In this document: in pieces, positions 8,901 to 16,398 of the stretch | How the letters are laid out: every line of letters starts with the position of its first letter | Numbering within the stretch: position 1 is the first letter of the stretch | Source of the DNA: Candidatus Kaiserbacteria bacterium | GTDB lineage: Bacteria > Patescibacteriota > Minisyncoccia > Phycocordibacterales > UBA918 | DNA length: 36,158 nt | Direction: 5' to 3' | Assembly: GCA_007116965.1 (NCBI GenBank) | Contig: SKHJ01000053.1 | Location: forward strand, 1 to 36,158 | Notes under the pieces: model-generated | Databases searched by the model: none | What the model saw: only the letters and a program-made list of their open reading frames with translations | Told to the model about the DNA's origin: nothing | Position numbers and translations under genes: made by a program

Positions 8901-10372
8901 GTACTGGTATCGATATTGCGGGTAACTTTGCGTACATCACCTCAGCGGGGAGCGGTGACGATCTGCAGGTCTTTGATATCAGTGACCCGGTCAACCCAGT
9001 ACTACTTGATGGGATCAATTTACCTACCCAGGCCAATGATGTAGTAGTGCGGGGTCGGTACGCGTATGTTGTCACTAATTCAGCGGGCAACGATTTTCAT
9101 GTCATCGATATCCTTGACCCATTTGCCATGGACGAAGTTGGTTCATTGCCGCTCCCAACCAGCGCTACCGCTCTGGTGGTCAACGGTCGCTATGCCTATG
9201 TGACCACAGAAGCAGCCGGTCAAGATATCCACGTCATTGACATATTCGACCCTAGTCAACCTCGACTGATCGGCGGGTTTGACCTACAGTCCGGTGACGG
9301 GTTAGCGATAGCGGTCAGTGGTCGCTATGCCTACGTCGGTGGAAGTGGTACCAACAACCGCTTTAGGATATTTGATGTCTCAGGGGCTGAATTGCAATCT
9401 GCAGTTGTTCACTCACTGCTCGGCGGTTCTTTGGATGTCAGTAGTAATGTCGTTGTGGCGGGACGGGTCAGCGCTGGATTGGGGGTAAGTGCGGGAGTAG
9501 AGGGGTTGCGGACCGATGGACAACTGATAGTGCAGGGCACGGGTGACTCGTTCCTGGCGGGCCGTCTTGGTATCGGTACCAGCACGCCGAGTAGCGAGCT
9601 GACTGTGGCCGGTACGATTCGCTCTACTAGTATTGCTGGTTGTGATGGTCTCGATACGGATATGTTCGGTAATATCATTTGCTATTCGCCATCAGATGAG
9701 CGGCTCAAAACCGGCGTACAGAACATTGAAGGAGCCCTAGACTCTGTCTTGCAACTACAAGGCGTCTCGTTCTATTGGCTGGACGAGGAACGGTTTGGGC
9801 CACAGCGTGAACTTGGTTTTATTGCGCAAGAGGTGGCCGAGATATTCCCCGAGGCGGTACGTGAACGAGAGGAATATTGGTCGCTCAACCCTGCTCGTTT
9901 AGTGGCAGTGGTGGTAGAAGCCATCAAAGAGTTGTGGGAGGTAGTGCGAGGCAACCAGGATAAGCTAGCTGAGTTGGAGACACGGGTCGCAGAACTCGAG
10001 GCCCAACAGTCCGCAGCTATTAGTAACACGCCGGGCACTGAAGGGGGTACGACCATTGTGGGAGAAAATCTCTCGACCACAGTAGAAGACGAGGAACCCG
10101 AAACCGCTACCACCACCGCTACGACCAGTGAAATGTCCGCTGCAACGCTGGTGGAGGATGGTGTAGATACAGCCACCAGCTCAACAGCTGCCAGTACGGA
10201 TGTGACCGATACCGACGAGTCAGTGGAGTCGCCATCATCAGCTACCACCACGAGTGCTACGTTGCCAGAGAATGGTATCGAAGCTGTGCCGACGCCAGAG
10301 GTGGAGTCTGATACAGACCAGGGTAATGAGGATAGTGCGATTGCGGATGAACTGACCGAGGACGAAGAATAG
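5987..10372 (+). CDS. Giant surface fibre/adhesin (~1460 aa): N-terminal membrane segment, beta-rich shaft repeats, 7 LVIVD repeats, Peptidase S74 intramolecular chaperone, coiled coil, acidic Thr-rich tail
   Basis: Hydrophobic N-terminal segment; G.LG(V/I)GT..P...LTV.G shaft motifs; seven G.YAYV...IDI.DP blades (~8480-9382); SDERLK...GFIAQEV (Ser codon at 9692); LVAVVVEAIKEL...LETRVAELE. Start is ATG 5987 or TTG 5981. Confidence 0.8.
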   Translation: MRIRGGPKSWSKRLESIVHITVAVLTVTMFAYSAGVRVDLERLNAVTQVAQIGSALPTETTGLTPESESQSRWYEPITTQVRHVWSVVGETWYLVRTGAVFQLAQVGTSVPEGEAAAAALRPPGSWPLQPATDPSAGTLIVNTPLLVDNTLTVIGTSSLATTTLGGPLGALDASFTNVSIDGTLTIDTLTAAAVTAGTVGATAIDTATLGATTVETADLGVLNLATIAELIVDSAASLGSLQVLGASEVTTLLATGVLTAQGGMVTQGADIDAGEGEIFASNIVNEIVAGENVTITGTQNVPIISVSADDLVGVLSLNGQSGDLDLVGGVDITISGLTISSNATLATVRSRGGCVDCITDGDVRADLTISGGTINGTPIGLTTPSSAAFTTVAVGTTTSSTTLTVGGGLEVSERILMTGSATSTFFGSVNLESGCFAIGGVCIEGVEPSSYVGLNDTPAGLTNNALQFANASGTALTQSANLVFADGRLGVGTATPERTLTVVGDTLLSGALRVESSTSSQFVGGINVTGGCVSVDGVCLVGGVNRLADLTDVTVVATSTGDILLFDGSDWTNVPTSSLGLGDGRFRGLSDTPDLFTPSAISFVNAGGSALTQDSEFIYSGGQLGVGTSDLRTTLTVGGDISVLGAEALRWYDSDSTHYVGFRAPSTLTGSTVWTLPASDGSANQLLVTDGAGNLFFDDLSALGGGANRYVELTDTPGAFVGAGVIPFVNATSSALTQASTFVFREGRLGVGVNDPGQTLTVQGDIRFQPNAQDIGMVYSTSGNRFGFGTPSISDNRIALRGSLTQFGGVQGDPYELVPRGSVTTLPARVNDIVVVGNLAYAVTDSANNDFHIIDVTNPDNPVEIGQLDLPLNANGRAVTILGQYAYVVSTSQGDDFHVINVSDPTDPEIVNSLPLPTILPTSVNDVAIKGNYAYVVANRTTDAADRQFFVIDITDPTQPSFVNELFLADSGTGIDIAGNFAYITSAGSGDDLQVFDISDPVNPVLLDGINLPTQANDVVVRGRYAYVVTNSAGNDFHVIDILDPFAMDEVGSLPLPTSATALVVNGRYAYVTTEAAGQDIHVIDIFDPSQPRLIGGFDLQSGDGLAIAVSGRYAYVGGSGTNNRFRIFDVSGAELQSAVVHSLLGGSLDVSSNVVVAGRVSAGLGVSAGVEGLRTDGQLIVQGTGDSFLAGRLGIGTSTPSSELTVAGTIRSTSIAGCDGLDTDMFGNIICYSPSDERLKTGVQNIEGALDSVLQLQGVSFYWLDEERFGPQRELGFIAQEVAEIFPEAVREREEYWSLNPARLVAVVVEAIKELWEVVRGNQDKLAELETRVAELEAQQSAAISNTPGTEGGTTIVGENLSTTVEDEEPETATTTATTSEMSAATLVEDGVDTATSSTAASTDVTDTDESVESPSSATTTSATLPENGIEAVPTPEVESDTDQGNEDSAIADELTEDEE
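7337..8281 (+). repeat. Three dispersed ~55-aa shaft repeats in the fibre protein
   Basis: YVGLNDTP...FANASGTALTQ...GRLGVGT..P..TLTVVGD (7337); FRGLSDTP...FVNAGGSALTQ...GQLGVGT....TLTVGGD (7742); YVELTDTP...FVNATSSALTQ...GRLGVGV..P..TLTVQGD (8114). Confidence 0.85.
8480..9382 (+). repeat. Seven LVIVD-type repeats, a predicted 7-bladed beta-propeller
   Basis: GNLAYAV, GQYAYVV, GNYAYVV, GNFAYIT, GRYAYVV, GRYAYVT, GRYAYVG, each followed by a (H/F/Q/R)(V/I)(I/F)(D/N)(V/I) strand. Confidence 0.85.
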
Positions 10373-10379
10373 TAGTGCT

Positions 10380-10388
10380 TTATCCACA
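10380..10388 (+). promoter_or_regulatory. Single perfect DnaA box (TTATCCACA), upstream of a TATACT -10 box at 10429-10434
   Basis: Exact consensus 9-mer in an intergenic region; only one copy seen. Confidence 0.3.
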
Positions 10389-10495
10389 GCGCAACCGTAC
10401 AGCGACACAAAAAACAACCAGTGTAGAGTATACTTTCTAGTATCACCTATCCGTGATGTGCTGAATTATTAGCAAAACTTACGAACCACAAAATT

Positions 10496-11182
10496 ATGCA
10501 GTTCACCAAAGAACACCCAGTTGTTTCTGCCTTGATATCGACCATCTTGATCACTCCGCTGCTCTTTTTCATGTATTTTGCCTTTGAACCACGAGTCGTG
10601 TTGAGTCAATCTGAAGAGGAGACCTTCATTATCGAACAAATAATTGGTGAAGAGATCTCCTTCCAAGTACCTCCTGGTGATGTGGAGATGGACGGTACAC
10701 TAGGTGGTTTGTTGGGAGGAATCAGTAATGGTTCAACTACCTTCGCGGTAGCTACCAACGCACCGCTAGGTTACCAAGTGGAGATCGCGTTCACCCAAGC
10801 AGATGCGATGGTTAACAACGCCTCTTCCACGTACTTTATTCCCAACCTCAATCCTCGCGAATTTGAGTTCTCAACCTCGACTGTCGCTGGTAGCGCTGGC
10901 TTTGCGTACACGGTGACTGGTGGTACGCATGTTGATAACTTTTTCGCTGATGATGGTGATAACTGTGGTACTGGTTCAAACTACTCAGCTGACCGCTGTT
11001 GGTTTATGGAAGAAACCGCTACCACGCCACGGATAATCGTAGACTCAAATTCACCAACTGATGGTCAGGGTGATGAGACGATTCTTTACTTCAGAGTGGC
11101 AGTAGACCAGAACCCATCACTGCAGCTACCGACTGGCACCTATACTGCCACTGCTACCCTTACTGCTGCTCCGCAGACCTAA
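10496..11182 (+). CDS. Exported beta-rich WxL-like/pilin-like protein (paralog 1)
   Basis: N-terminal hydrophobic segment; GSTTFAVATNAPLGYQVEI; Cys pair NCGTG...RCW; terminal strand GTYTATATLTA as in WxL and fimbrial Ig-like subunits. Confidence 0.55.
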   Translation: MQFTKEHPVVSALISTILITPLLFFMYFAFEPRVVLSQSEEETFIIEQIIGEEISFQVPPGDVEMDGTLGGLLGGISNGSTTFAVATNAPLGYQVEIAFTQADAMVNNASSTYFIPNLNPREFEFSTSTVAGSAGFAYTVTGGTHVDNFFADDGDNCGTGSNYSADRCWFMEETATTPRIIVDSNSPTDGQGDETILYFRVAVDQNPSLQLPTGTYTATATLTAAPQT

Positions 11183-11195
11183 TTTTGCGGCTTTC

Positions 11196-11223
11196 TTGCA
11201 AATGTTACGACAAGAGTTACAAT
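11196..11223 (+). promoter_or_regulatory. Putative sigma70 promoter TTGCAA-N16-TACAAT
   Basis: -35 at 11196-11201 and -10 at 11218-11223, about 100 nt before ATG 11329. Confidence 0.5.
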
Positions 11224-11328
11224 AGGTCAGTAAGCTGGCCAGCAGGTTGTTAGTTGGGTGTTGTTTAGATAGAGGCCGCGATGTGTATGATTTTTATTCC
11301 TATATCCGTAAAGGTACGCGCGCAAGGC

Positions 11329-12399
11329 ATGACATCATTACGTTTGCTGACCTTGTTGTCACTCTTGCTGGTGGCAACGATACCTGTTGGGGTGCTGGCC
11401 GAGACAGGGGCAGCACCAGAAGACCTGGCGGTGCTTGATGAGGAAGTATTAGTGGTTGCAGATGATGATACAGCAGCAGTGACTGCTGACACCTCTACTC
11501 CGGAAGATAGTTATCGCAGAGAACCGCTTGTTAGTCGGGAGGTGTTTGGTGATTTTGTCATCGGTCCGGGTCGGTTTGACGTCGAGTTAGCTCCAGGGCA
11601 GTCGCGTACTGTCGAGATGACCATAGCTAATCGGATGGGGGAGGGTAAGATTTTTAGTTTCGAGACCGAGGATATGGTGGGTGCTCGTGACCCAAACCGC
11701 ACGATCGACCTACTGGGTGACCAGGAAGGGCCGTACAGCCTGCGCGACTTCATTTCTGTCTCGCACCAGACTTTTTTTCTAGAGCACGGACAGCGTGCTC
11801 GGGTACCCGTCACTATCACGTTACCTCCAGATGTGGAGCCGGGTGGACGCTACGGTTCATTGTTGGTGTCGGTTACCTCTCGTCCGAGCCAACAGGTAGC
11901 AGCTGGCACCCGTTCGGGATCGGCTATTGTCAGTCGTATTGGAGCGCTTTTCTTTGTCACGACACCTGGTGATATTGTGCGCGATAGCTCACTAACCAGC
12001 TTTAGTACACGTAATCGGCAACGGTTCTTCACAGCCGGCCCAGTTACCTTTGATATCACACAGGAGAACTTCGGGTCGGTACACACTAATCCGTACGGTC
12101 GGATGGTCATCACCAATATCTTGGGTGAAGAGGTGGGTCGGGTAAACCTGGACCCCTGGTACGTAATGCCGCAAGCAATCCGGACCCGTGAACTCACCTG
12201 GGACCGGGAGTTCTTGTTCGGGCGATATACCGCTACTGCCCAGATCAACCGAGGCTACGATGATATCGTCGACGAAAAGGCTTTCGTCTTCTACGTCGTA
12301 CCGTGGCGTCTAGGAGTGATAGTATTTGGGATTCTTTTCCTCGGCTTCTTGCTTCTCCGCTTGTTCTTCAGCCGCTTCGAACTCAAACGGAAATCGTAG
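11329..12399 (+). CDS. DUF916/DUF3324-like (WxL-interacting or pilus-chaperone-like) two-Ig-domain membrane protein
   Basis: Signal peptide from ATG 11329; ELAPGQSRTVEMTIAN, VPVTITLP...PGGRYGSLLV, ENFGSVHTNPYG, GRYTATAQI; C-terminal TM helix followed by a basic tail. Confidence 0.6.
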   Translation: MTSLRLLTLLSLLLVATIPVGVLAETGAAPEDLAVLDEEVLVVADDDTAAVTADTSTPEDSYRREPLVSREVFGDFVIGPGRFDVELAPGQSRTVEMTIANRMGEGKIFSFETEDMVGARDPNRTIDLLGDQEGPYSLRDFISVSHQTFFLEHGQRARVPVTITLPPDVEPGGRYGSLLVSVTSRPSQQVAAGTRSGSAIVSRIGALFFVTTPGDIVRDSSLTSFSTRNRQRFFTAGPVTFDITQENFGSVHTNPYGRMVITNILGEEVGRVNLDPWYVMPQAIRTRELTWDREFLFGRYTATAQINRGYDDIVDEKAFVFYVVPWRLGVIVFGILFLGFLLLRLFFSRFELKRKS

Positions 12400-12421
12400 C
12401 TAAATCAACTATGTCAGCACA

Positions 12422-13189
12422 ATGTCACGTTCTATCTATATCACAACTGTTTGCGCGCTGATCTTCACTCCGCTGGTGTTGTGGGGAATTGGGGTAGTGG
12501 GGGCGCAGGTGATGAGTGGTACCACTTACCAGATCGAAAGTGATAGTATCAATTTTGGTGGTGGCTTTAGCGCCTCGGATAACTATACGCTCAAGGATAC
12601 ATTGGGTGAGATTGCGACCGGCGAGTCAGAGAGCGAATCATTTCAGTTGCGTGCGGGCTACCGTCAGTTACTAGCAGTTGCCATCGCCATCTCAGCACCG
12701 ACTCCAGTGACTATGGATCCGCCCATCCCAGGTGTGACCGGTGGTTTTTCGACGGGGTCGACCAGTGTTACCGTGACCACTGATAACCCGGCTGGCTACG
12801 AGCTCGTGATCCGAGCTGAGAGCGAGCCAGCTATGCAAGGACCTAACGGAGCCAGTATCGGTGATTACGAACAGATTGGTGATGCAGATTTTACTTTTGC
12901 TACCAGTAGTACAATGGCGCACTTTGGCTTCTCGGTGGTAGGCGAAGACGCGGCGGCTCGTTTTCGTCATGACGGGTCTAATACCTGTGGTAGCGGAACC
13001 ACCAATACACCGCTGCGCTGTTGGGTTGGATTGCGCAGTTCTCCAGAGTTGGTAGCCCAGCGCACCACCAGTAACCATCCAGAAGGGAGGGAGACTACTT
13101 TCAACTTCCAAGTTGGTATTGGTGATGCGGTATCGCAGCCGCCAGGTGTGTACATAGCTACTACTACCGTGACTGCCTTGCCATTATAA
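12422..13189 (+). CDS. Exported WxL-like/pilin-like protein (paralog 2, with N-terminal extension)
   Basis: Signal peptide; GSTSVTVTTDNPAGYELVI; TCGSG...RCW; PGVYIATTTVTALPL. Motifs are collinear with 10496-11182. Confidence 0.55.
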   Translation: MSRSIYITTVCALIFTPLVLWGIGVVGAQVMSGTTYQIESDSINFGGGFSASDNYTLKDTLGEIATGESESESFQLRAGYRQLLAVAIAISAPTPVTMDPPIPGVTGGFSTGSTSVTVTTDNPAGYELVIRAESEPAMQGPNGASIGDYEQIGDADFTFATSSTMAHFGFSVVGEDAAARFRHDGSNTCGSGTTNTPLRCWVGLRSSPELVAQRTTSNHPEGRETTFNFQVGIGDAVSQPPGVYIATTTVTALPL

Positions 13190-13198
13190 TCCAAGATA

Positions 13199-14806
13199 AT
13201 GAACGCTTGGTTTAAAATCAGTCTTTGGTTACTTCTGCTACTTCCGGTCGGAGCGCTAGCACAAGCAACTAGCCAGTCATTTACAGTTGACCAGTGGTTT
13301 GGTGAACCGCCGACCGAGCCACCGAGTATACCGGCTAACGTAATGGCCACCCCAGTGGCATCCAGCCAGATCGATATAAGTTGGGACGCTTCCACTCACA
13401 CCGCCCCAGTGGTCGGGTACCAGGTCTTTCGTGACCTGGTACAGGTTGCTACGACTGCGGGCACCTTCTTCGCCGATACTGGTCTAACGGCCAGTACTAC
13501 CTACAGCTATACGGTCCGGTCGTTTGATGGGTTTGGTAATATTTCTAGCTCCTCTCTACCAGTGGCAACCACTACTTTTGCCCTGTCGCCGCCGGCACCG
13601 GACCCCGAAGACCCAACTGGACCAAGTAGACAGGCCAGCCAGGTCCCCTTACCGACCTTGGTAGAATTTTCGCTTGAACCAGGGAGTCACAACGCGCGTC
13701 TGGCGTTCACAACTTCTGTACCGGTATGGTATTCGATCAGCTACGGACAAGGGGAGACTTTGACGGAAGGTCAGATCCAGACGGATCGTTTCGCTAGCGA
13801 TCACGTGACCGTCCTAACGGACCTTGAGCCAGGTACCACGTATACGTTTGAGCTCTACGTGACTGATCGGTTCAATCGTGAAGTATTGCTCCGACAAGGA
13901 ATGTTCACGACCAGCGAGCGGTTTGCGGTGGAAAGTCCAGAGAATGTCCTCGGCTTACAGGCCAATGCGGTCGATTCGGACGTGTCACTGCGTTGGCAGA
14001 ACCCTAGCTTTACTGGCTTTGCCTACGTTCGGGTCGTACGCAATCACCGTTTCTATCCATTGGACCCATGGGACGGATTTGTGGTTTACGAAGGAGTCGG
14101 TAACGACTTCTTCGATACGCGAGCCCTGCTGGAGTTCGATCGACAGTACTATACCGTTTTTGTTTACAATCTTAATGGTGATCACTCATCGGGAGCAATC
14201 GCGAGTGCTGTGCGCGGCGTCCGGATACCGCCACTGACACCACCGCCGGTGGTACCCGAGCCAACACCGACAGCAACCAGCACTCCCGACGAGCTGGTTT
14301 TGAGCACGGTACGCGTCAGTGATATTGAATTCATCCAGCAAGACGAGCTGATCGTGCCGCCTGTCGATACTGTATCGTTACTGCGGGGTGTACCGTTTAT
14401 AGTTCGTCTGCCATACGAGACGGTGCTGCCACACCTGAAGGTGATCATCTTTACACTCTACGTACCGGAGGGACAACCGGCTACAGTTTCGTATTTGCTT
14501 CGCAGTAACCCAGAGCAGACCCATTATCAAGCTACCATTCCAGCGTTGACGACGCAGGGTGAACACCCGTTTACGGTCACGGTGTACGATGTACAAACAG
14601 AGCGTCAACACACTGTGGTAGGTACGATCACACTGACTGCACCTGATGAACCATTGCCAGCTGGTGATCCCACGTTGTTGCTGTTGTTGTACCTCTTTCT
14701 ATTAAGTGTAGCAGGTCTGTTCGCTACGATGCTGGCTCGGTGGCTTTGGTTCTTACTCTACCGACGACGGCGAGAGGCGGCTGAGGATAAGCCAGCTCTA
14801 TCTTGA
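13199..14806 (+). CDS. Fibronectin type III multi-domain surface protein with C-terminal membrane anchor
   Basis: Signal peptide; IDISWDAS...GYQVFRD...DTGLTASTTYSYTVRSFD; LTDLEPGTTYTFEL; VSLRWQNP; Pro/Thr linkers; C-terminal TM helix followed by YRRRR. Confidence 0.8.
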   Translation: MNAWFKISLWLLLLLPVGALAQATSQSFTVDQWFGEPPTEPPSIPANVMATPVASSQIDISWDASTHTAPVVGYQVFRDLVQVATTAGTFFADTGLTASTTYSYTVRSFDGFGNISSSSLPVATTTFALSPPAPDPEDPTGPSRQASQVPLPTLVEFSLEPGSHNARLAFTTSVPVWYSISYGQGETLTEGQIQTDRFASDHVTVLTDLEPGTTYTFELYVTDRFNREVLLRQGMFTTSERFAVESPENVLGLQANAVDSDVSLRWQNPSFTGFAYVRVVRNHRFYPLDPWDGFVVYEGVGNDFFDTRALLEFDRQYYTVFVYNLNGDHSSGAIASAVRGVRIPPLTPPPVVPEPTPTATSTPDELVLSTVRVSDIEFIQQDELIVPPVDTVSLLRGVPFIVRLPYETVLPHLKVIIFTLYVPEGQPATVSYLLRSNPEQTHYQATIPALTTQGEHPFTVTVYDVQTERQHTVVGTITLTAPDEPLPAGDPTLLLLLYLFLLSVAGLFATMLARWLWFLLYRRRREAAEDKPALS

Positions 14807-14815
14807 GCGTTTTTC

Positions 14816-14824
14816 TGGTATCAT
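14816..14824 (+). promoter_or_regulatory. Extended -10 promoter (TGgTATCAT) for the gap operon
   Basis: TGn-TANNNT followed by a U-rich leader without SD, 33 nt before ATG 14858. Confidence 0.55.
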
Positions 14825-14857
14825 TAGAGTACTTACTAATTTATTTGTTCTTTTGCT

Positions 14858-15892
14858 ATGGTCAATGTGGCGATAAATGGATTTGGTCGAATTGGGCGGG
14901 CGTTCTTTCGTATGGCGTACGAACACCCCGAACTGAACATCGTAGCCATCAATGATCTGGGTGAACCAGAGAATTTGGCGTATCTACTTGAGTTCGACTC
15001 GGTATATGGACGCAGTAGTCAGCCGGTGGTGATCGAGGACGGAATGTTGGTGGTGGGGGAGAAACGAGTCAAGCTACTACAAGAACGGGAGCCACAGGCC
15101 TTACCGTGGGCTGATATGCAAGTAGATATCGTCATAGAGTCTACTGGTTTCTTTGCAACATATGAACTGGCCAAGAAGCATCTCGAGGCGGGAGCAAAGC
15201 GCGTAGTCCTCTCAGCTCCCATCAAGGGAGATCCGGCAGCGGTAGACGTCAGTGGGGCGACAGTCCTGATGGGCGTCAATGATGAACGTCTCGGTGAAGT
15301 GCAAATATCTTCGAACGCATCTTGTACCACCAATGCCACGAGTCCGGTCATTGGTATCTTGCACGAAGCAATTGGTGTACAGAAGGCCGTCTTGAATACA
15401 GTGCATGCCTATACCGCTTCACAATCATTGGTCGATGGTCCGAGTAAAAAAGATTATCGAAGCGGTCGGGCAGCTGCTCTCAACGTTATACCGAGCACTA
15501 CGGGCGCGGCCCAAGCAACTACCGAGGCGCATACTGACCTGGCCGGCAAGTTCGACGGGATGGCTATGCGGGTACCAGTGCCGGTCGGTTCGATCGTTGA
15601 TATTACCTTCGTAGCAACTCGTCCGACTAGTGTCGAAGAGGTTAATAATGCTTTAATCGCTGCCGCTGAGAGTGAGCGATGGCAGCCGATCTTTGCGGTA
15701 ACCGATGAACCTCTCGTATCGAGTGACGTTATCGGCGCTCGCTATGGCTCCATCGCTGATATCAGTTTTACCCGGGTGGTGGACGGTGATTTGGTGAAGG
15801 TGTTGGCCTGGTATGACAACGAAAGTAGTTACACGCACACGCTATTGCTCCACGTTGAACGTATCGCACAGCACCTGAGTACGCAGCAGTAA
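14858..15892 (+). CDS. gap: Type I glyceraldehyde-3-phosphate dehydrogenase
   Basis: VAINGFGRIGR, ESTG, SNASCTTN, PSTTGAA, WYDNE. Confidence 0.97.
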   Translation: MVNVAINGFGRIGRAFFRMAYEHPELNIVAINDLGEPENLAYLLEFDSVYGRSSQPVVIEDGMLVVGEKRVKLLQEREPQALPWADMQVDIVIESTGFFATYELAKKHLEAGAKRVVLSAPIKGDPAAVDVSGATVLMGVNDERLGEVQISSNASCTTNATSPVIGILHEAIGVQKAVLNTVHAYTASQSLVDGPSKKDYRSGRAAALNVIPSTTGAAQATTEAHTDLAGKFDGMAMRVPVPVGSIVDITFVATRPTSVEEVNNALIAAAESERWQPIFAVTDEPLVSSDVIGARYGSIADISFTRVVDGDLVKVLAWYDNESSYTHTLLLHVERIAQHLSTQQ

Positions 15893-15897
15893 TACGT

Positions 15898-16392
15898 ATG
15901 AGTGAACGACCAGCTCAGTTTGACCACGTGTACTTGGCCGCCGATCACGCTGGCTTGGATCACAAGGACGCGGTCCGTGAGTGGCTCTTAGCTGAAGGGT
16001 GGTCGGTGACCGACTTTGGTGCTTTTGTCCGTAATGACGAAGATGATTTTCCCGTCTTTATCAGCCAGGTGTCACGAATCATTTCGCAAAATCCGCAACA
16101 AGCCGGTATCATCTTCGGTGGTTCAGGCAACGGGGAAGCGATACTCGCTAACCGTTTTCCCAACGTGCGAGCAGCGGTGTACTATGGCGGACCTGATGAA
16201 ATTGTCACGCTGTCACGCGAACATAATGACAGCAACATTCTCTCAATTGGCGCTCGTTTTGTTGATACCGATACGACCAAGCGTTTGATCTGGGAGTGGC
16301 TTCATACACCGCGATCGGAACAGGCCAAGTATATTCGTCGCAATCAACAGATCGCACATATTACCAAGCAGATCAGACCAACCACCACCTAA
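15898..16392 (+). CDS. rpiB: Ribose-5-phosphate isomerase B (Glu-type active site)
   Basis: AADHAG; GGSGNGE (the Mycobacterium-like motif rather than CGTG); SREHNDSNILSIGAR. Confidence 0.92.
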   Translation: MSERPAQFDHVYLAADHAGLDHKDAVREWLLAEGWSVTDFGAFVRNDEDDFPVFISQVSRIISQNPQQAGIIFGGSGNGEAILANRFPNVRAAVYYGGPDEIVTLSREHNDSNILSIGARFVDTDTTKRLIWEWLHTPRSEQAKYIRRNQQIAHITKQIRPTTT

Positions 16393-16398
16393 AATCGT

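Noticed and set aside
5987..10372. Prophage suggested by the tail-fibre chaperone domain
   Set aside because: No integrase, terminase, capsid, portal or other phage genes; the protein has a membrane-targeting N-terminus and sits among cell-surface genes.
10380..10388. Replication origin
   Set aside because: Only one DnaA box in a 123-bp gap; no box cluster, unwinding element or dnaA/dnaN nearby.
6289..10446. Long antisense ORFs (for example 6289-6897, 7336-7800, 9772-10446)
   Set aside because: They are shadows of the low-complexity Thr/Val/Gly-rich sense gene, with no motifs or initiation signals.
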